Below are positions 63,122-64,000 of a stretch of 64,000 nt of DNA, in pieces. The position numbers and the translations under genes were made by a program. This stretch comes from Podarcis tiliguerta (Eukaryota), in the NCBI GenBank assembly GCA_965153285.1, contig OZ229110.1. One strand, written 5' to 3'. Each line of letters starts with the position of its first letter. Within the stretch, counting starts at the first letter, position 1. The notes beneath the pieces were generated by a model, which ran no database searches, was not told the DNA's origin, and was given only the letters and a program-made list of their open reading frames with translations.

Positions 63122-63890
63122 ATGAAAGAGTAAATCCCATTGAACTCTGCAGGAATTTTGGTTTCTCTCTTTTCCCTACTCTCCTATTTCTTCACTATTT
63201 AGGACTGGATCCAAAATCCAGCGATAGAAAATTAAATATCTCCAGTGGCATTTCTTCCATTTTATACCACTCATTATATCAGGATGTTTTATGTCTGAAG
63301 AGAATATGACATTTTCCACAACTGAAGCAAAGTATGAATAAGAATTGGAGCAGGTTACAATTCTGGTGATGGCTTTACTAAGTTCTGTTAATATGTGTAG
63401 AGGTAATAATCACTTTTAGAATCAGACAGCAATTACTTCCCAAAGTGGTGCTTAGATGTAATACACATTTATGAGACACAAGCAAGGCTTAATAAGACCA
63501 GACCTTAAAAAATATATGCAGCGTTTATGAATATCCAAAGCACTTCACATAGATCTTCTTAGTAATCTTTACAGCAGTCCTGTAATGTAGGCCAGTCCTG
63601 TTACTCCTGTTGTGGAGAGGGCAAGACTGTATGTGGCTTGCCCGAAGCAACTTAAAGAGTTTGTGGCTGAAGAGAGATTTGAAACAAAGACCTCTACCAT
63701 TTAGTATTTGCTCTCCTAACTTTTCCGAGCCATTTACCTGTAATTTTACTAACATCCCAGATGTGAGTAGCATATTTTTAAGTAGCTTTTAGTAGACCTT
63801 TAGGCTCCAGGAACCCTCTCCTGTCCAACTCCCCCAAACCTATAGCAAACTGTAGGTGCATATGTTTCAGTGCATTTGCTTCCTTTCCAG

Positions 63891-64000
63891 TGGCCTGCCG
63901 AAAAGCTCTGGACAGTACGACAGTAGCAGCCCACGAATCTGAAATCTACTGCAAAACTTGTTACGGGAGAAAGTATGGCCCAAAAGGGATTGGCTTTGGA
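63891..64000 (+). CDS. CSRP3: CSRP3 second coding exon (LIM1 second zinc finger and Gly-rich start), cut off by the window end
   Basis: TTCCTTTCCAG acceptor; (M)[36 protein letters not shown]; phase 1 matches the previous exon. Confidence 0.96.

Overview
Vertebrate genomic DNA, most likely from a squamate and probably a lacertid lizard (inferred from the Sauria/Squam SINEs and the squamate-type L2, RTE, hAT and Tigger repeats). Bases 1-27.8 kb are intergenic and repeat-rich, with a few TE-poor blocks. A CpG-island cell-cycle promoter (~27.9-28.6 kb) drives a complete + strand E2F8 gene (atypical E2F repressor). I reconstructed 13 coding exons by hand from GT-AG sites and intron phases: 30575-45177, 2760 nt, 919 aa plus stop, with both DNA-binding domains intact. 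Downstream on the same strand is the 5' part of CSRP3 (muscle LIM protein): a candidate promoter and non-coding exon 1 at ~50.0 kb, the ATG exon at 56941-57084, and the next exon from 63891 running off the window. The E2F8-then-CSRP3 order matches what I recall for human chr11p15. Most ORFs in the supplied track are TE remnants or noise. I found no convincing new multi-gene system. The best leads are a highly base-paired ~830 bp unclassified insertion in CSRP3 intron 2, an extra E2F8 exon, an apparently remodelled set of E2F8 degrons and C-terminus, uORFs in the E2F8 leader, and several TE observations. Comparisons with human proteins and repeat families are from memory, not from alignments run here.
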